A stretch of DNA of 64,000 bases from the NCBI GenBank assembly GCA_965153355.1, contig OZ231126.1, forward strand, positions 20,026,001 to 20,090,000. Direction: 5' to 3'. Each line of letters starts with the position of its first letter. Positions within the stretch are counted from its first letter, which is position 1. Made by a program: the position numbers and the translations under genes. The notes beneath the pieces are model-generated. The model saw nothing but the letters and a program-made list of their open reading frames with translations, made no database searches and was not told the DNA's origin. Below, piece by piece: positions 13,860 to 28,200 of this stretch. The DNA comes from Flaccisagitta enflata. Lineage: Eukaryota.

Positions 13860-14222
13860 GTTAGCCATTGAGTCGTGTTCTAACAAGACTTATTTGCGGA
13901 CTCGCTTTTAACGGAATCGTCGAAATCATGGAAGAAACTATCAGGTAAGCTACGAGTCGTGTTCTAACAAGACTTATTTGCGGACTCGCTTTTAACGGAA
14001 TCGTCGAAATTATGGAAATAACTTTCGGGTTAGCCATCGAGTTTTGTTTTAACAAGACATTTTTGGTTTGGCGGACTCGCTGATAACGGAATCGTCGATT
14101 TCATGGAGGAAAATATAAGGTCAGCCTCGTCAGCCTAGTCACAAAGTCAGTTTCTGCATGGGACTCGCTTACAAAGAAATATGGAGCCAATTAAGCCATG
14201 CAAGAAACAATCGGGTCAGTCA
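13801..14222 (+). repeat. ~85-bp tandem repeat of the PNP exon 2 3' end plus donor (5 decaying copies)
   Basis: gcgg(t/a)ctcgc recurs at 13811, 13896, 13980 and 14071, with a remnant at ~14161. Confidence 0.9.
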
Positions 14223-14321
14223 TCAAGTTTTCTTGGCCAAGCCCAGACATAATGTTATTTGTGCATGAACATGAACACGAAGAGCAGAGCCCAAGACCAT
14301 TTGAGGTGTTACTATAATCTC

Positions 14322-14930
14322 ATAACACCTCTCACATAATTAAACGGACTGGCAAAATGATCGAAATTGATAAAAATAATGCATTCACTGGTCTGAAATT
14401 TGACACAGAGGCAGCAAAAATATAGTATTTTCGCAAACCGGGGCAAAATTGTGTACCCAGGAAAGTGCGTGGCTCTCAGAATGTGTTACGTCAAAAATCA
14501 AGTGAATGATTTTGACTGATTTTGACGAGGAAATTTTTGATGATGAGACAACATAAACCTCCTTAAAATTTTCCACAAAAAAGGCAAGAAAACGTCAAGT
14601 CTCATTTTCTTGTGTCACTTAGTGACAAAAATGAGTCAACAGTTCCAAGATGCAGTCAGGGACAGCTGCAAAAAAAAATCGAAATCCCTTATCAAATCAA
14701 ATGGTTCCAGCGACAAACTTGAAGCTAAACTAAACCTAAAATATGTATGATATCATTTAGTGGAGCTATTGACAGCTTTTGGTTGATAACATTTGATTTT
14801 TTTTGTAGAATCCTCATGAGAATAGCATGTTTTGACATTATCATTAACCTAGACTCCTGTTTTGGACATTCAAAACACAATTATGGACAAGTACTGATCC
14901 CAGTTCGCCTAATTTTGTGAGAGGTGTTAT
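14322..14930. mobile_element. Non-autonomous TIR element
   Basis: ataacacctctcacataattaaacggactgg at left; ccagttcgcctaattttgtgagaggtgttat at right. Confidence 0.65.
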
Positions 14931-16927
14931 TGTTAACCATCCACCTACCACATAATGTAGGGAGACTGAATTGCTTGACCTGCTCAGACTCTCTATTCTT
15001 CCTTTCAAAAGTCATCTCCTTTCCAGAGTCTCCAGTATTTTTCATGTGCTTTTTAAAGAGCTCGACTAAAGAGAAAGCAAATTATTTTAAATCTTTTATT
15101 TCTTGAATTTGAAGTCTTTACTAGCAAGCCAAAGCAATAGCTGAAGCTTTTGCAATACGACTAAGCAGGTTAAAGTTAGTATCGACTTGCAACGATATTG
15201 GTGAGAACAATATGATAGCTCTCGCTCCATGGCCCATTCGAATGTACGTGTACAATGTACAATGTGCATGTATCAATACGCTTTTGGCAAATAAGCCCGC
15301 CGTTCGACGCTCATTAAGTTATTTCCGACCATTGAAGCAAACATGCGTGCAAGCACTGCAATGCGGTGCATGCCTCGTGACTACCGAGTAGCCGTGCGTG
15401 GCATTATCCCACTTTTCCTCGGTATGAATGAAACGTTCTCCCTTGCTTTTTTCATATGCCGCGCCTTGTTTCCAACAGTCGTGCACCCCTCCATCTGCTT
15501 TACTGCTGTCACAATCCAGAAATTGATTCTTGTCGTTTTTGGGGAAACATCGAGAATTCGATCCCTTTTCACATTGGCGCCAGCACCAATTACCCTCGCA
15601 TCCGTAATACCTTCAACAGAATGAACAATTTTATTTTCACATCAAATGAATTTGACTTAAATGGACCATTGAAGGTAAATGGGCCCCTCTGTGCCGCTGC
15701 CCCTCTCATCATCTCATCCCCATACAATTAACCTAGGAGCAATCCGTACAGCTGACCATCAAACGCTTTTACGACTAATTTGAGAGGAAATTTTGAGCCA
15801 TCTGTAAGAAATCCTTTTTAAAAGGATTTAGTATGAAAAGTGCAACAAAAAGTAACTTATAAAAAATCTTGATAGAACCAGTTTTTTACAAATAGACTGA
15901 ACTTTTTATTTTTGAAAAACCTTCAAAAGATACTCATTCCTGTAAAGTATATGCTTCCACTCATATACTCACTAATCCATCTCGCTTTTTCAGTCGTACG
16001 TTTTTAGCTGAATTTAGCCTCATTTCTGAGGTCAGATCCTTTTCTCTTCTAGCTTGTATTTTGGAACAGGAATGTAGAAAATATCTTGGCATTAATTTGC
16101 GCAAATATTCATACTTTTCTCAAGGCTAGGGAAGCTAAATCTTTAATGACTGATGAAATTTGAGCCTTGTAACTGGGTACCACTCCTTTGTTATTATCGT
16201 TTCGAAGAATTTACGATAGTTTTTCTCTGATGCCACTCTTAGGTACGACCTAATTTTATCGGTTAAGAAAATCAAACCTATGGAAAAGTAATTTCTATGC
16301 AGAAAATAAGTCTTTTGTCTTAACTTATTGAAACAAGGCCAAGTAGGCCAACAATGCGTCCTCTTTGAATGAATGTTATTTATGAATGAATGTTTTTTTA
16401 TGAATGAATGTGATTTATGAATGAATAAATGATTTATTGAATGAATTAGAAGTTGTATGCTTCTTTTACTGGGTCAGGACCACTTTTCTGTTGAAAAAAT
16501 GCATGAATTTGATGTTTTAAATGAATGCGTTACCGACCAACCAACCAACTAACGGACCGACCAACCGACCAACCAACAGACAGCCTATTATAGAGAAGCG
16601 AGGACGCATCTAAAAAGATAAAGAATATTTCCATTTATGGTATTAGGTTAAGGGAAAAAGTTAGCGCTGACTTCTGGCATTGACCGGGATAGTCAATTCA
16701 GCAAAGGTTAAATCTAATTGTCGAAAGGTAACCTTTCTTCTTAATTAAATATGGGGAAGAGGAATATGGTCAAATTTTAGTCGCGGACACGCGACTCTAC
16801 ACCATGGTCTGTCGGTCGGTCTGTCCGTCGGTCGGTCGGTCGGTCACATTTTTGAATTCCAAGCGGTATTCGCATTACTGCTCCTGCCCAACCGTCCGCG
16901 ACTAGATTGCCGTGTATCCGGCCTTGT

Positions 16928-17808
<881 letters not shown>

Positions 17809-20052
17809 TATTGTGTTAAAGGGAAAACTTAGTGATTGGAGGACTGGGAATTCATCTTCAAAGAAGATATATCATGGGATGATAGGTCTCCATGAAGGGT
17901 AAAAAGTACTTGCCATATTTAGAAAAAATAGATATTCTTCTATAATTTAAGATACCTTTATATGTCCAGTTTCTGGTCATCAGTTGGAGACCTGTACCCT
18001 AGAGTGAGTTTTGGGCATTTAACTCCATACTCAGGTACAGGCTGCCCCACCAAAAGGTGCCTCCACTGGATAAAAAGATGAATAAAGATTTTAAAATATT
18101 TAGGTTAGAGTTAAGATTTAAAAGATTTTAGATAAGTGACAGTGAGGAACTGAAAAGTTCACTTTGACACAGTGAGCTTGAAAATTAAAAAGATGTAAGA
18201 ATTTTCTATAGTAAAATATCCCTGAGGAAAATATTTACATTATCATGTTATAATGCAATAACATACTATTTTTGTCTTTGAAAAAACGCAGGCAAAGCCT
18301 TCTTAAATCTGCCAGTTTATATCCTTGCCTCACAAGCCTCTCAGCTAAGTTTTGCACTTAATCTTAAAGGCCTGATAGCTTGAATTTATTCTAGCAAATC
18401 TAATCAATTGGCTTTAGAAAATACCTAGTGCTGACTTTTTTGGTATACAGCTATCCATACATGGAAAATTGACTATTTCAAAATAAAAATCATCCCTCTT
18501 GTCATAAATGGAAAAATCTAAAACCCCATTCTCAGACGGTTAATGTTCCCACATTGTTTTAGGCGACTTTTCTCAACAAGGAATTTAAGGGAGAATGAAT
18601 GGTCACTCAAAAAAAAAATTGTTTCAGCCTGACTTTTGTTAGAAGCGTGTTCCTTATATTTGGTATGTCTGAAGGAGTTCTCACTTTTTATTTTCACATT
18701 TATGTTGTCCCGGAAATCCATTGTCGCAATTCGGATTTGAGCAAAGGCCTTTACAAACATCAACTTCATAATCACGATTCAATCGAAATCTGTGGCTCAA
18801 AGCAGATTGGCATGCATCGTAGTCACCCCAAGAACAGTCGACTTTTTTCCCCGCGACTTTAACATAGGACCAATATCTCGAGCCGCGATGGCATTGTACC
18901 CAGCAATATCTTTTCACCGAATTTCTTGATCTGCAAAGAGGGTGGAACATGCAAGTAGGCAGAAAACCGACCGACCGACCGATTTCAACGCGTTTACATC
19001 AAACATAACACACAGAGTACAAATACTTACGTGATAGGTTGTTGGGAGGTGAGTGAAAATTTAATTCATGGTCATTGAAAAATTGGCATCCGTCTGTATC
19101 AAATTTTCTGTTGGTCTGTTGGCCAGTCGCTCAAATACTTGATAAATAACTTCAATTATCGATTTTTCGACCATGCTATTGCTAGCAATTGCAGCTCACT
19201 GCGCATTGTAAAGGTTATATTCACTTATTAACTTATTAACTAGTACGTGCCATAGCACGGCGATTGGCTCACTTTTTTGCTTCTCATAGAAAAAACACTA
19301 AGGATGCCAGTAATGGCGGCTGTCGCCGCGAGGAAAAAAGTTGTAAGCATTGGTCACTTTTCATCAAGTTTTTTTTTCTTTTTTTTATTTATTAGATCGA
19401 ATCAAGAGCAATTGTATACATTAATTGCACTCAAAATCAGAGAAAGATAAGACTGAGCCAAATAAGCCAAATGAAAAAGAATACGCAAAAACATCCTCAC
19501 AGATAAGCAGCTACGTTCACTGACATGCTTTCAAGTGTCTTGAATTTGCATGCAAAAACTTGTATCAAAACATTTTCATTCATCCTATTTTGAATCAGAA
19601 AAAAAAGATTGAGCTAAATGAGCTAATTGAGCTAGAATACTGAAAAACACCCTTACAGATGAGCAGCTATGCTTATGGATATGTTTTTTTTTTTTTTCTT
19701 TTTGTTTTTTTTGTATTTTCATGCTCAAACAAACATCAAAACACTTCTTTATTGATCTTACACAAAATCATAGAAAATTGAAAAAAATTCAATTTGAATT
19801 TTTCATGAAAAAAGCTTTAAAGAATTATTACTCCAAAAATATTTGTCATAGAATATTTTGCTTGGCGCCAAATGAAGGAACATTATCAAATTTACTTACC
19901 CTATAAATGCAGGGGTGTATAAGTCACAGTGCAAACGAATACAAAATTTGACAAGTCAAAACGATTTATATGATTTTTTTTTTATATATATTCAAAGATT
20001 TTTTATTGAGATAAAGGATTTGTGATTGGTAATCATAAATTTTTTGCAGAGG

Positions 20053-20800
20053 CAGCTGAGTTTCCTACGATTCTAAGAAACGTAGGAATCTGGGTTAGAA
20101 AGCTTAGGATTCTAAGTTTCCTAACCAAATTTTCAATGGGAAATTGAGTTTTTCTCATTTTAATCCAGAAAGCGCCCCTTCAATTTTTCCAATTTTTTGG
20201 GTGGTTACTAACAACGAGAAGACATCCTGATGCCATAGAATAATAGCGTCGCCACTCTACTCTAAGTTGGTGGAAAAAGTGAAAGAAAAATTTTAACCTA
20301 GGTTTCTTACGTTTCTAGGTTTTCTAAGAAGATTTTGCATAGGTGTCTTAGAATTCTAGGTTTTCCAAGATAAGCAATGTCAGCGAAAATGAAAATCTTT
20401 TCTAACAAAAAAGTGAATCAACCAATGAAAGGAGCAACAGCTGTACAAGGAAGAAAAAATTTCTATTCTTGCCTTCATTGTAAATCCTTGGAAATCTAGA
20501 ATTCTAAGAAACATAAGCAACATTTTCCTAGAAAACCTAGAAACCTATGAAACGTAGGTAGGATTTTTTCATTCACATTTTTTATCTATTTACAGCGGAG
20601 TGGCGATGCTATTCTTTATGGCATCTGGATGTTGTGCCATCATGGACAATCACCCAAGAAAGGAGAAAAATCAAAGCAGCGCTTTTTTGGTTACAATGAA
20701 AAGACTCACTTTCCCTTTGTAAAATCAGCTAGGAAACCTAGAAACGTAAGCTTTCTAACCCAGAATCCTAGGTTTCTTAGAATTGTAGGATACCCAGCTG
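20053..20800. mobile_element. Palindromic MITE with long (~300 bp) TIRs
   Basis: cagctgagtttcctacgattctaagaaacgtaggaatctgggttagaaagctta... mirrored by ...taagctttctaacccagaatcctaggtttcttagaattgtaggatacccagctg. No TSD evident. Confidence 0.85.
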
Positions 20801-21791
20801 ATAGGAAAACGTTTTTCTGTACCATATGCTTAGGAAATGTGAGCAAAAAGGATGCGAAATTGATGGATTATTAATAAAAATTGATTCTTGTGCATTGACA
20901 TGTCTCGCGTGAAAAACCGAATCTGTCTCTGAATTCAAAATTTTGCATATTGAAAAACATGGCATCAGTCTAAACACTTTTAAGAAACAAGCCATATGTT
21001 TAGAAATGCAAAATTTTGCATTCAGAGACAGATTCGGTTTTTCACGTGGCAACATCTCATGTTTTCCGTGCAATTCTTTTTAAAGAATTCTGTTGTTTCA
21101 CTAAGACTAAGTATGCTGCGACTTTACCGATGCGTGATCAATACCATTGGTCAGTTAACCGTTTTTTAATTAATTTGGGGAATATTAAGCATGCATAAGC
21201 ATGCATATGTTACATTTCCACTGCATAGCAGTGTGTTCCATCACAGAACAGAACGATTTGTTAAATTTGACGCTGTTCTGCACCACGACATAAAGTTGAG
21301 TATTCCCCCCCCTGTTAGGGGGGAATACATCAAAAGGTATGGAGATGGGGAAGAAAATCAAAGGGTTGGGTAAAAGAAAAAAAACAACATCTTTAAAGAT
21401 TCTACACTTTTGAAAGTTTCAAAAGATAGTATTTGACTACTACAACTTTATTTTACACTATTCTTACTATATTCATACTATTTTTATACTCTATTGGGTA
21501 GAAAATCAAATAATTTTTCGACTCCGTGGGGAAAGAAATAAAAGACTTGGGGGTAAAGAAATCAAAAGCCGCTCAACTTTATACACCCCTGTACAAATGT
21601 CATCAGAGGCTGCAATCAGCCAGAAGAGAGTCTCAACTTGTTCATAAGAAAATGAAAACCATGTTTCCCTGGAATATGTCAAAAAGTCGAAGACTGACTC
21701 CGACTTTTTTTCCCGATAATCTATTGTGATGTGTTCTCGGCATTTATGTGATGAGTCTGCGTTAGCATATACTAGTGTACTAAGAGTATGT

Positions 21792-24440
21792 TGACAGTAT
21801 GTTTTCCCCCTCTTGTGCTCAAAACCTATGTACCCGATGGTTTTTGATTATTTATTTAGTATTACTACCAAGAACAAAAGAGATTTGGGATCTTTGATCC
21901 ATTTTAGGAACCGCGAGTTCCATTTATTTATCACCACTCAAATGTGGTTGTGGTGAAAATGTTGAAATTTGGTCACTTTGGGCTCAAAATCGGGCCACTT
22001 CGCTTTTGAAATTTGACCCAAAATTCATGAGATTATGAAACTAGAGCTCAAGAGCTAACCAGTGGCGCAATCCGCATGTTGCTATCATTTTTAGTTAAGA
22101 TTTGAGAGCTTTTCAAAGATGGAAGGGTATGAGGGTTATTTTACCAGATGAATTCGATGGTCAATTTTGACATTTTTTACAATTTTTAATATATCTCCGC
22201 TTTGGCTGGACAAATTTAGATGAAATTGGTGACCAAATTGAAGAGTTTTTGATGCTCTAACTGAATCTGGTAAAATTTTTGATCAATATGACCCTCAAAT
22301 TTTTGGGAGACTCTAGAAGCAGGTGCTAAAAAGTGTATTTTTTTACTATTTTTGCTACTTTGGTCAAAAAATTTGGGCACTTCCGAGATAGAAAAATTCA
22401 AAAAATTCATGGGCAAATTAAACTACAGTTCAAGATCTAACCCTTGGTGCAATCGGCGTGTCAACATGTTGAAGCATGTAGATTTGGCAGAGCTTTTAGG
22501 CTCATCATAAGGCAGATCAGCCAATTATTTTATTCAACATCAACTAGTTCGACGAATATTAACCTTATCAGGATTTACTAACTTAATCTAAAAAGATGCA
22601 ATTACACTTATCATGTCCACGGATGCTGTTGCATTTTTTTCTTGTGTAGTAAGATTCTAAAGATTAATTCTCATTTAAATTTTTGTTCCCCGGAAAAAAG
22701 TCAATGCATTTGATACACAGTAATCATCCCAGGAATCAGGTCTTTTAATCGAAATGTAATGACCTGAAAATGTCATTTTATCATATCCACTGATCTTTGA
22801 AGCTCTGCCAAATCCATATGCTTCAACATATTGACATGCCGATTGCACAACTGGTTAGATCTTGAACTGCAATTTGCCCATGAATTTTTTGTCTTTTTCT
22901 GTCTCAGAAGTGCCCAAATTTTTTGACCAAAGTAGCCAAAATAGTGAAAAAATTAGCTTTTTAGCACCTGCTTCTAGAGTCTCCCAAAAATTTTGAGGGT
23001 CATATTGATCAAAAATTTTACCAGATTCAGTTAGAGCATCAAAAACTCTTCAATTTGGTCACCAATTTCATCTAAATTTGTCCATCCAAAGCGGATATAT
23101 ATCAAAAATTGTGAAAATTGTCAAAATTGACCACTAAATTCACCTGGTAAAATAACCTTGGGGGCAAAAAAATGGCGGATTTTTAGAACAGATTCTATCT
23201 ACCTCAATTCAAGAAAAACTTAGTAAAATCGGTGATGGTTAGAAAGCTCTTCGAAAGCTCTTTCATTTGAGTTGTGTCTGGAAATTTTAACTCAAACGGT
23301 TTAGAAGTTAGAGTAGTTTGAACATGACTACTCCTTTTCTGACCTGCCCGTACCTCTGCAGAAGGGAAATAAAATAAGTAAAAATTTCAAAAAATGATAG
23401 AAAATTCGGTCCGATTTCTACAAAATTTTAGGTGGTAATTCAAGTGTCTGTCATCTGATACCAACCCAATTTTTATGCTTATCTGATGATTTTTACTAGC
23501 GTTTTCATAGTTTGATATTCTAGATCTCAATAAAATATACTAAAACTAAAGTGGTTCGCTGTAGTTACACTTGTTTCACTACAGAATTGGCGAATACTAT
23601 CATGTGCTATTCCAACTGAAACATTATTCCAAGAGCTTCAAAATCATCATGAATTTGATATGATTTTTGTCAAAACTTGATAACAAAAATCCTTGAAAAA
23701 AACCATGTTGTTATGTCAGTGATACTCAGATTGCTTGAAAATTTTGAGATCTTTCTAATGATGAAAATAATAGAAAAAGTTGTCCGATTTGGAAAATTTT
23801 TTAGGAGCTGTTAGAGGAAGGTATTCACGGATTCCATTTCAATTTTCATTAAAATCAGAGAATTTTTACTATGGTTTTAAGATGATATCTTTTAGGCACT
23901 CATTCTTGCCATGATGTCAGAGCAGAAAAGGAGTAGTCATGTTCAAACTGCTCTAGTTTCTAAACCGTTAGAGTTAAAAATTCCAGACACGGCTCAAATG
24001 AAAGATCTTTTGAAGAGCTTTCAAACCATCACCGATTTTAATTATTTTTCATTAGATTAAGATAGATAGAATCTGTTTTGAAAAATCCGCCATTTTTTTT
24101 GCCCCCAAGGTTAACCCTCATACCCTTTCATCTTTGAAAAGCTGATAGCAACATGCGGATTGCACCACTGGTTAGCTCTTGAGCTCTAGTTTCATAATCT
24201 CATGGATTTTGGGTCAAATTTTGAAAGCTAAGTGGCCCAATTTTGAGCCCAAAGTGACCAAATTTCAACATTTTCACTACAACCACCTTTGAGTGCTGAT
24301 AAAAAAATGGAACTCGCGGTCCCTAAAATGGGTCAAAGATCCAAAATCTCTTTTATTTTCGGTTGTAATATTATAAAAATAATCAAAAACGATCGGGTAC
24401 ATAGGTTTTGAGCACATGAGGGGGGAAATATACCGTCAAA
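21792..24440. mobile_element. Foldback-type element with two nested insertions
   Basis: Arms ttttccccctcttgtgctcaaaacctatgtacccgat / atcgggtacataggttttgagcacatgagggggaaa. Internal sequence is shared with 25264-29035. Interrupted by 22506-22756 and 23156-24110. Confidence 0.85.
23156..24110. mobile_element. piggyBac-like non-autonomous element
   Basis: ataa|CCTTGGGGGCAAAAAAATGGCGGATTTTT ... AAAAATCCGCCATTTTTTTTGCCCCCAAGG|ttaa with ~185-bp TIRs; the host sequence resumes exactly. Confidence 0.8.
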
Positions 24441-24456
24441 CTAAGACTCTTTGAAA

Positions 24457-24557
<101 letters not shown>

Positions 24558-25263
24558 TGTCTTTCTCTGTCTTCACTCATCTCAAGGCTCAAATGTCAAT
24601 TATTTCACTGATCTATATCTTTACCTGTATCTATATCTGTATTTATATCTATATCTGTATCTGCCCTTTATGTCAATTATTTCACTGATCTGTATCTATA
24701 TCTGTATCTTTATCTGTATCTGCCCTTTATATTTTTCAATGAAAACGAGCCTTAGTGATTTTAAAGAAACATTATAAAGAAAGAAAAAGTGTGCCAACAG
24801 GTGTGCCAACAGGCGTGGCCTGGCACGTGCCAAAGATAAACTATGGCATTACGCCGTCAAGCTTTTTGTTAAAGTGTTTTAGATTAAACGTGTAAAGGAA
24901 ATTGAAAATTTGATTTTATAACACTCGGGTTCATCAACCAGAATTCCCCTGTCCTTTCAAAGTTGTAACATCGAGTTTCCACTGTATTTATAAGCAGGCC
25001 TTAATTTAGTGATTCTGTTCAGCGTGCACGCCGGGCATGCTCCTCACAATTTCAGCGTGCCCGACAGAGAATGAGCATGCCCAGTTTTCAAACTCACTTT
25101 TCTATTCACACTAGATTTTATCTTACAATTATACAAATATACTATATTAGGGCCAATGGTTTTTGCATAAAATCAATTGAACACCCCAGCCCGCAGCTTT
25201 TTTAAACAGACTATGTCTATACTATTGAAAACTACTCGCTATATGACTTTTCTCCGTGATTTA

Positions 25264-28200
25264 GAGGTTCCAGTTTTGATATTTTGATCAGAACTGGATG
25301 GTGGTTGTGGTAAAAATGTCAAATTTAGGTCATTTTGGTCGCAAAATTGGGCCACTTTGCCTTAGAAATCGAACCTAAAATCCATGAGATTATAAAACTA
25401 GAGCTCAAGAGCTAACTAGTGGCGCAATCCGCATGTTTTTATCTTAATTCGTTTAGATTTGAGAGCATTTCAAAGATGAAAGGGTATGAGGGTCATTTTG
25501 CAGTGTCAATTTTAAAGGCAATTTTGACTCTTTTCACATTTTTCAGTATTTCTCAGCTTTAAATGGACCAATTTGCATGAAATTGGTGATCAAATTGAAG
25601 AGTTTTTGCTGCTCTAGCTGATGGTAAAAAAATTTTTCATCGATTTTGCCCTCAATTTTTTTTATTGACTGCCAAAGCAGGTGTAAAAAAGTCAATTTTC
25701 TTAAAAATTGGGCAATTTTGGACAAAAAATTGGACCGCTTCCATTTTTTAAAAATACTTGAAATCCATGAGCAAAATAAAGTACTGCTCAAGAGCTAACT
25801 AGTGGTGCAATCGGCATGTCAATATGTTTTGGCATTTAGATTTTACAAAACATCAAAGATCAAAGGGTATGTCAAAATGACCATTTATGGTAAATTTGGC
25901 CATTTTGGCCTCAATTTTTGGTCACTTTGCTGTAAAAATCGATAAAAAAATCCATGAGATCATAAAACTAGAGCTCAAGAGCTAACTAATGGCGCAATCC
26001 GCATGTTTTTATCTTTATTTATTTAGATTTGAGAGCATTTCAAAGATGAAAGGGTATGAGGGTCATTTTGCAGTGTCAATTTTAAAGGCAATTTTGACTC
26101 TTTTCACATTTTTCAGTATTTCTCAGCTTTAAATGGACCAATTTGCATAAAATTGGTGATCAAATTGAAGAGTTTTTTCTGCTCTAGCTAATGGTAAAAA
26201 AAATTTTGATCGATTTTGCCCTTGATTTTTTTTATTGACTGCCAAAGCAGGTGTAAAAAAGTCAATTTTCTTGAAAATTGGGCAATTTTGGACAAAAAAT
26301 TAGACCACTTATATTTTTTAAAAATACTTGAAATCCATGAGCAAAATAAAGTACTGCTCAAGAGCTAACTAGTGGTGCAATCGGCATGTCAATATGTTTT
26401 TGAATTTAGATTTTACAGATCTTCAAAGATAAAAGGGTATGTCAAAATGACCATTTATGGTGATTTTGGCCATTTTGGCCTCAATTTAGAGTCACTTTGT
26501 CATAGATATCGATAAAAAAATCCATGAGATTATAAAAATAGAGCTCAAGAGCTAACCAGTGGTGCAATCTGCATATTTCTATCTTAATTTGTTGGGATTT
26601 TAGAGCATTTCAAAGATGAAAGGGTATGAGGGTCATTTTGCGGTTGTGATTTTAATGGCAATTTTGACTCTTTTTATATTTTTCAGTATTTCGATCATTC
26701 AATCATTTATGGTGATTTTGGCTATTTTGGCCTCATTTTGGGTCGCTTCGCCGTAGATATCACACACACACACACACTCACACTCACACACACAAAAAAC
26801 ACAAAGTCATATGCACACAAACAAACAGCTGCACACATTTTCAAAGACGTACACATACTCAAAGGCATGCACAAAAATGCCTTAACAGAAATCTGATTCT
26901 ATGCAATCCAAGAGCTAACTAATGGCGCAATCCGCATGTTTTTATCTTTATTTGTTTAGATTTGAGAGCATTTCAAAGATGAAAAGGTATGAGGGTCATT
27001 TTGCAGTGTCCACAAACGCAGCCCTTGCCCACCCACATGCGACTAGGGTAGCCGTGTATCCGGCTTTGTTTCAACTGGAAGTTGCGAAATCATACTACCA
27101 ATTTCGCCTAATAAGCAATAATATCTGGCTTTTAGCACCTGCTTTGAGAGTCAATAAAATTTTTTGTGGGCCATATTGATCAAAAATTCTTTCAGGATCG
27201 GCTGGAGCATCAAAAAATCTTCATTTTGGTCACCAATTTTACAATGATTGGTTCATTTAAAGCCGAGTTATATCAAAATTTGTGAAAAGAGTCATATTGC
27301 CATTAAAATCACAACCGCAAAATGACCCTCATACCCTTTCATCTTTGAAATGCTCTAAAATCTCAACAAATTAAGATAGAAATATGCAGATTGCACCACT
27401 GGTTAGCTCTTGAGCTCTATTTTTATAATCTCATGGATTTCTTTATTGATTTCTATGACAAAGTGACCCAAAATTGAGGCCGAAATGGCCAAAATCACCA
27501 TAAATGGTCATTTTGACATACCGTATTTCTTGTAATTAGCGCCCCGGGCGCTTTTGAAATTGAAATGAAACATTGTTGTTTTAAACCTGCAATTAGCGCC
27601 CCCTTTACACTAATGTCTAAACAATGTATTATGAAATTTACATTTTTTGACAATTTTTTTAGAATTCAAATCAGTTAATCACTAAAAAAGAGATTTTTTT
27701 GTTGTATTGCATCTAATTTTTATATGATTGTTGCCAAAGAATTGAATTTCCAATAAATTTTCCATGATTTTTTTTTAAAAATCACTGTTATCATAAGCTT
27801 ATTCTTTCATGAAAAAGGGGGGGCGCTAATAAGAGGGGGGGCGATAAATGCAAGAAATACGGTACCCTTTTATCTTTGAAGTTCTGTAAAATCTAAATTC
27901 AAAAACATATTGACATGCCGATTGCACCACTAGTTAGCTCTTGAGCAGTGCTTTATTTTGCTCATGGATTTCAAGTATTTTTAAAAAATAAAAGTGGTCT
28001 AATTTTTTGTCCAAAATTGCCCAATTTTCAAGGAAAAATTTTTCAAGAAAATTGACTTTTTTACACCTGCTTTGGCAGTCAATAAAAAAAATCAAGGGCA
28101 AAATCGATCAAAATTTTTTTTACCATCAGCTAGAGCAGCAAAAACTCTTCAATTTGATCACCAATTTTATGCAAATTGGTCCATTTAAAGCTGAGAAATA

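Noticed and set aside
13801-14222. CRISPR-like appearance of spaced repeats (also 9461-9670 and 46234-46545)
   Set aside because: The whole unit is repeated with no unique spacers; eukaryotic context and no cas genes.
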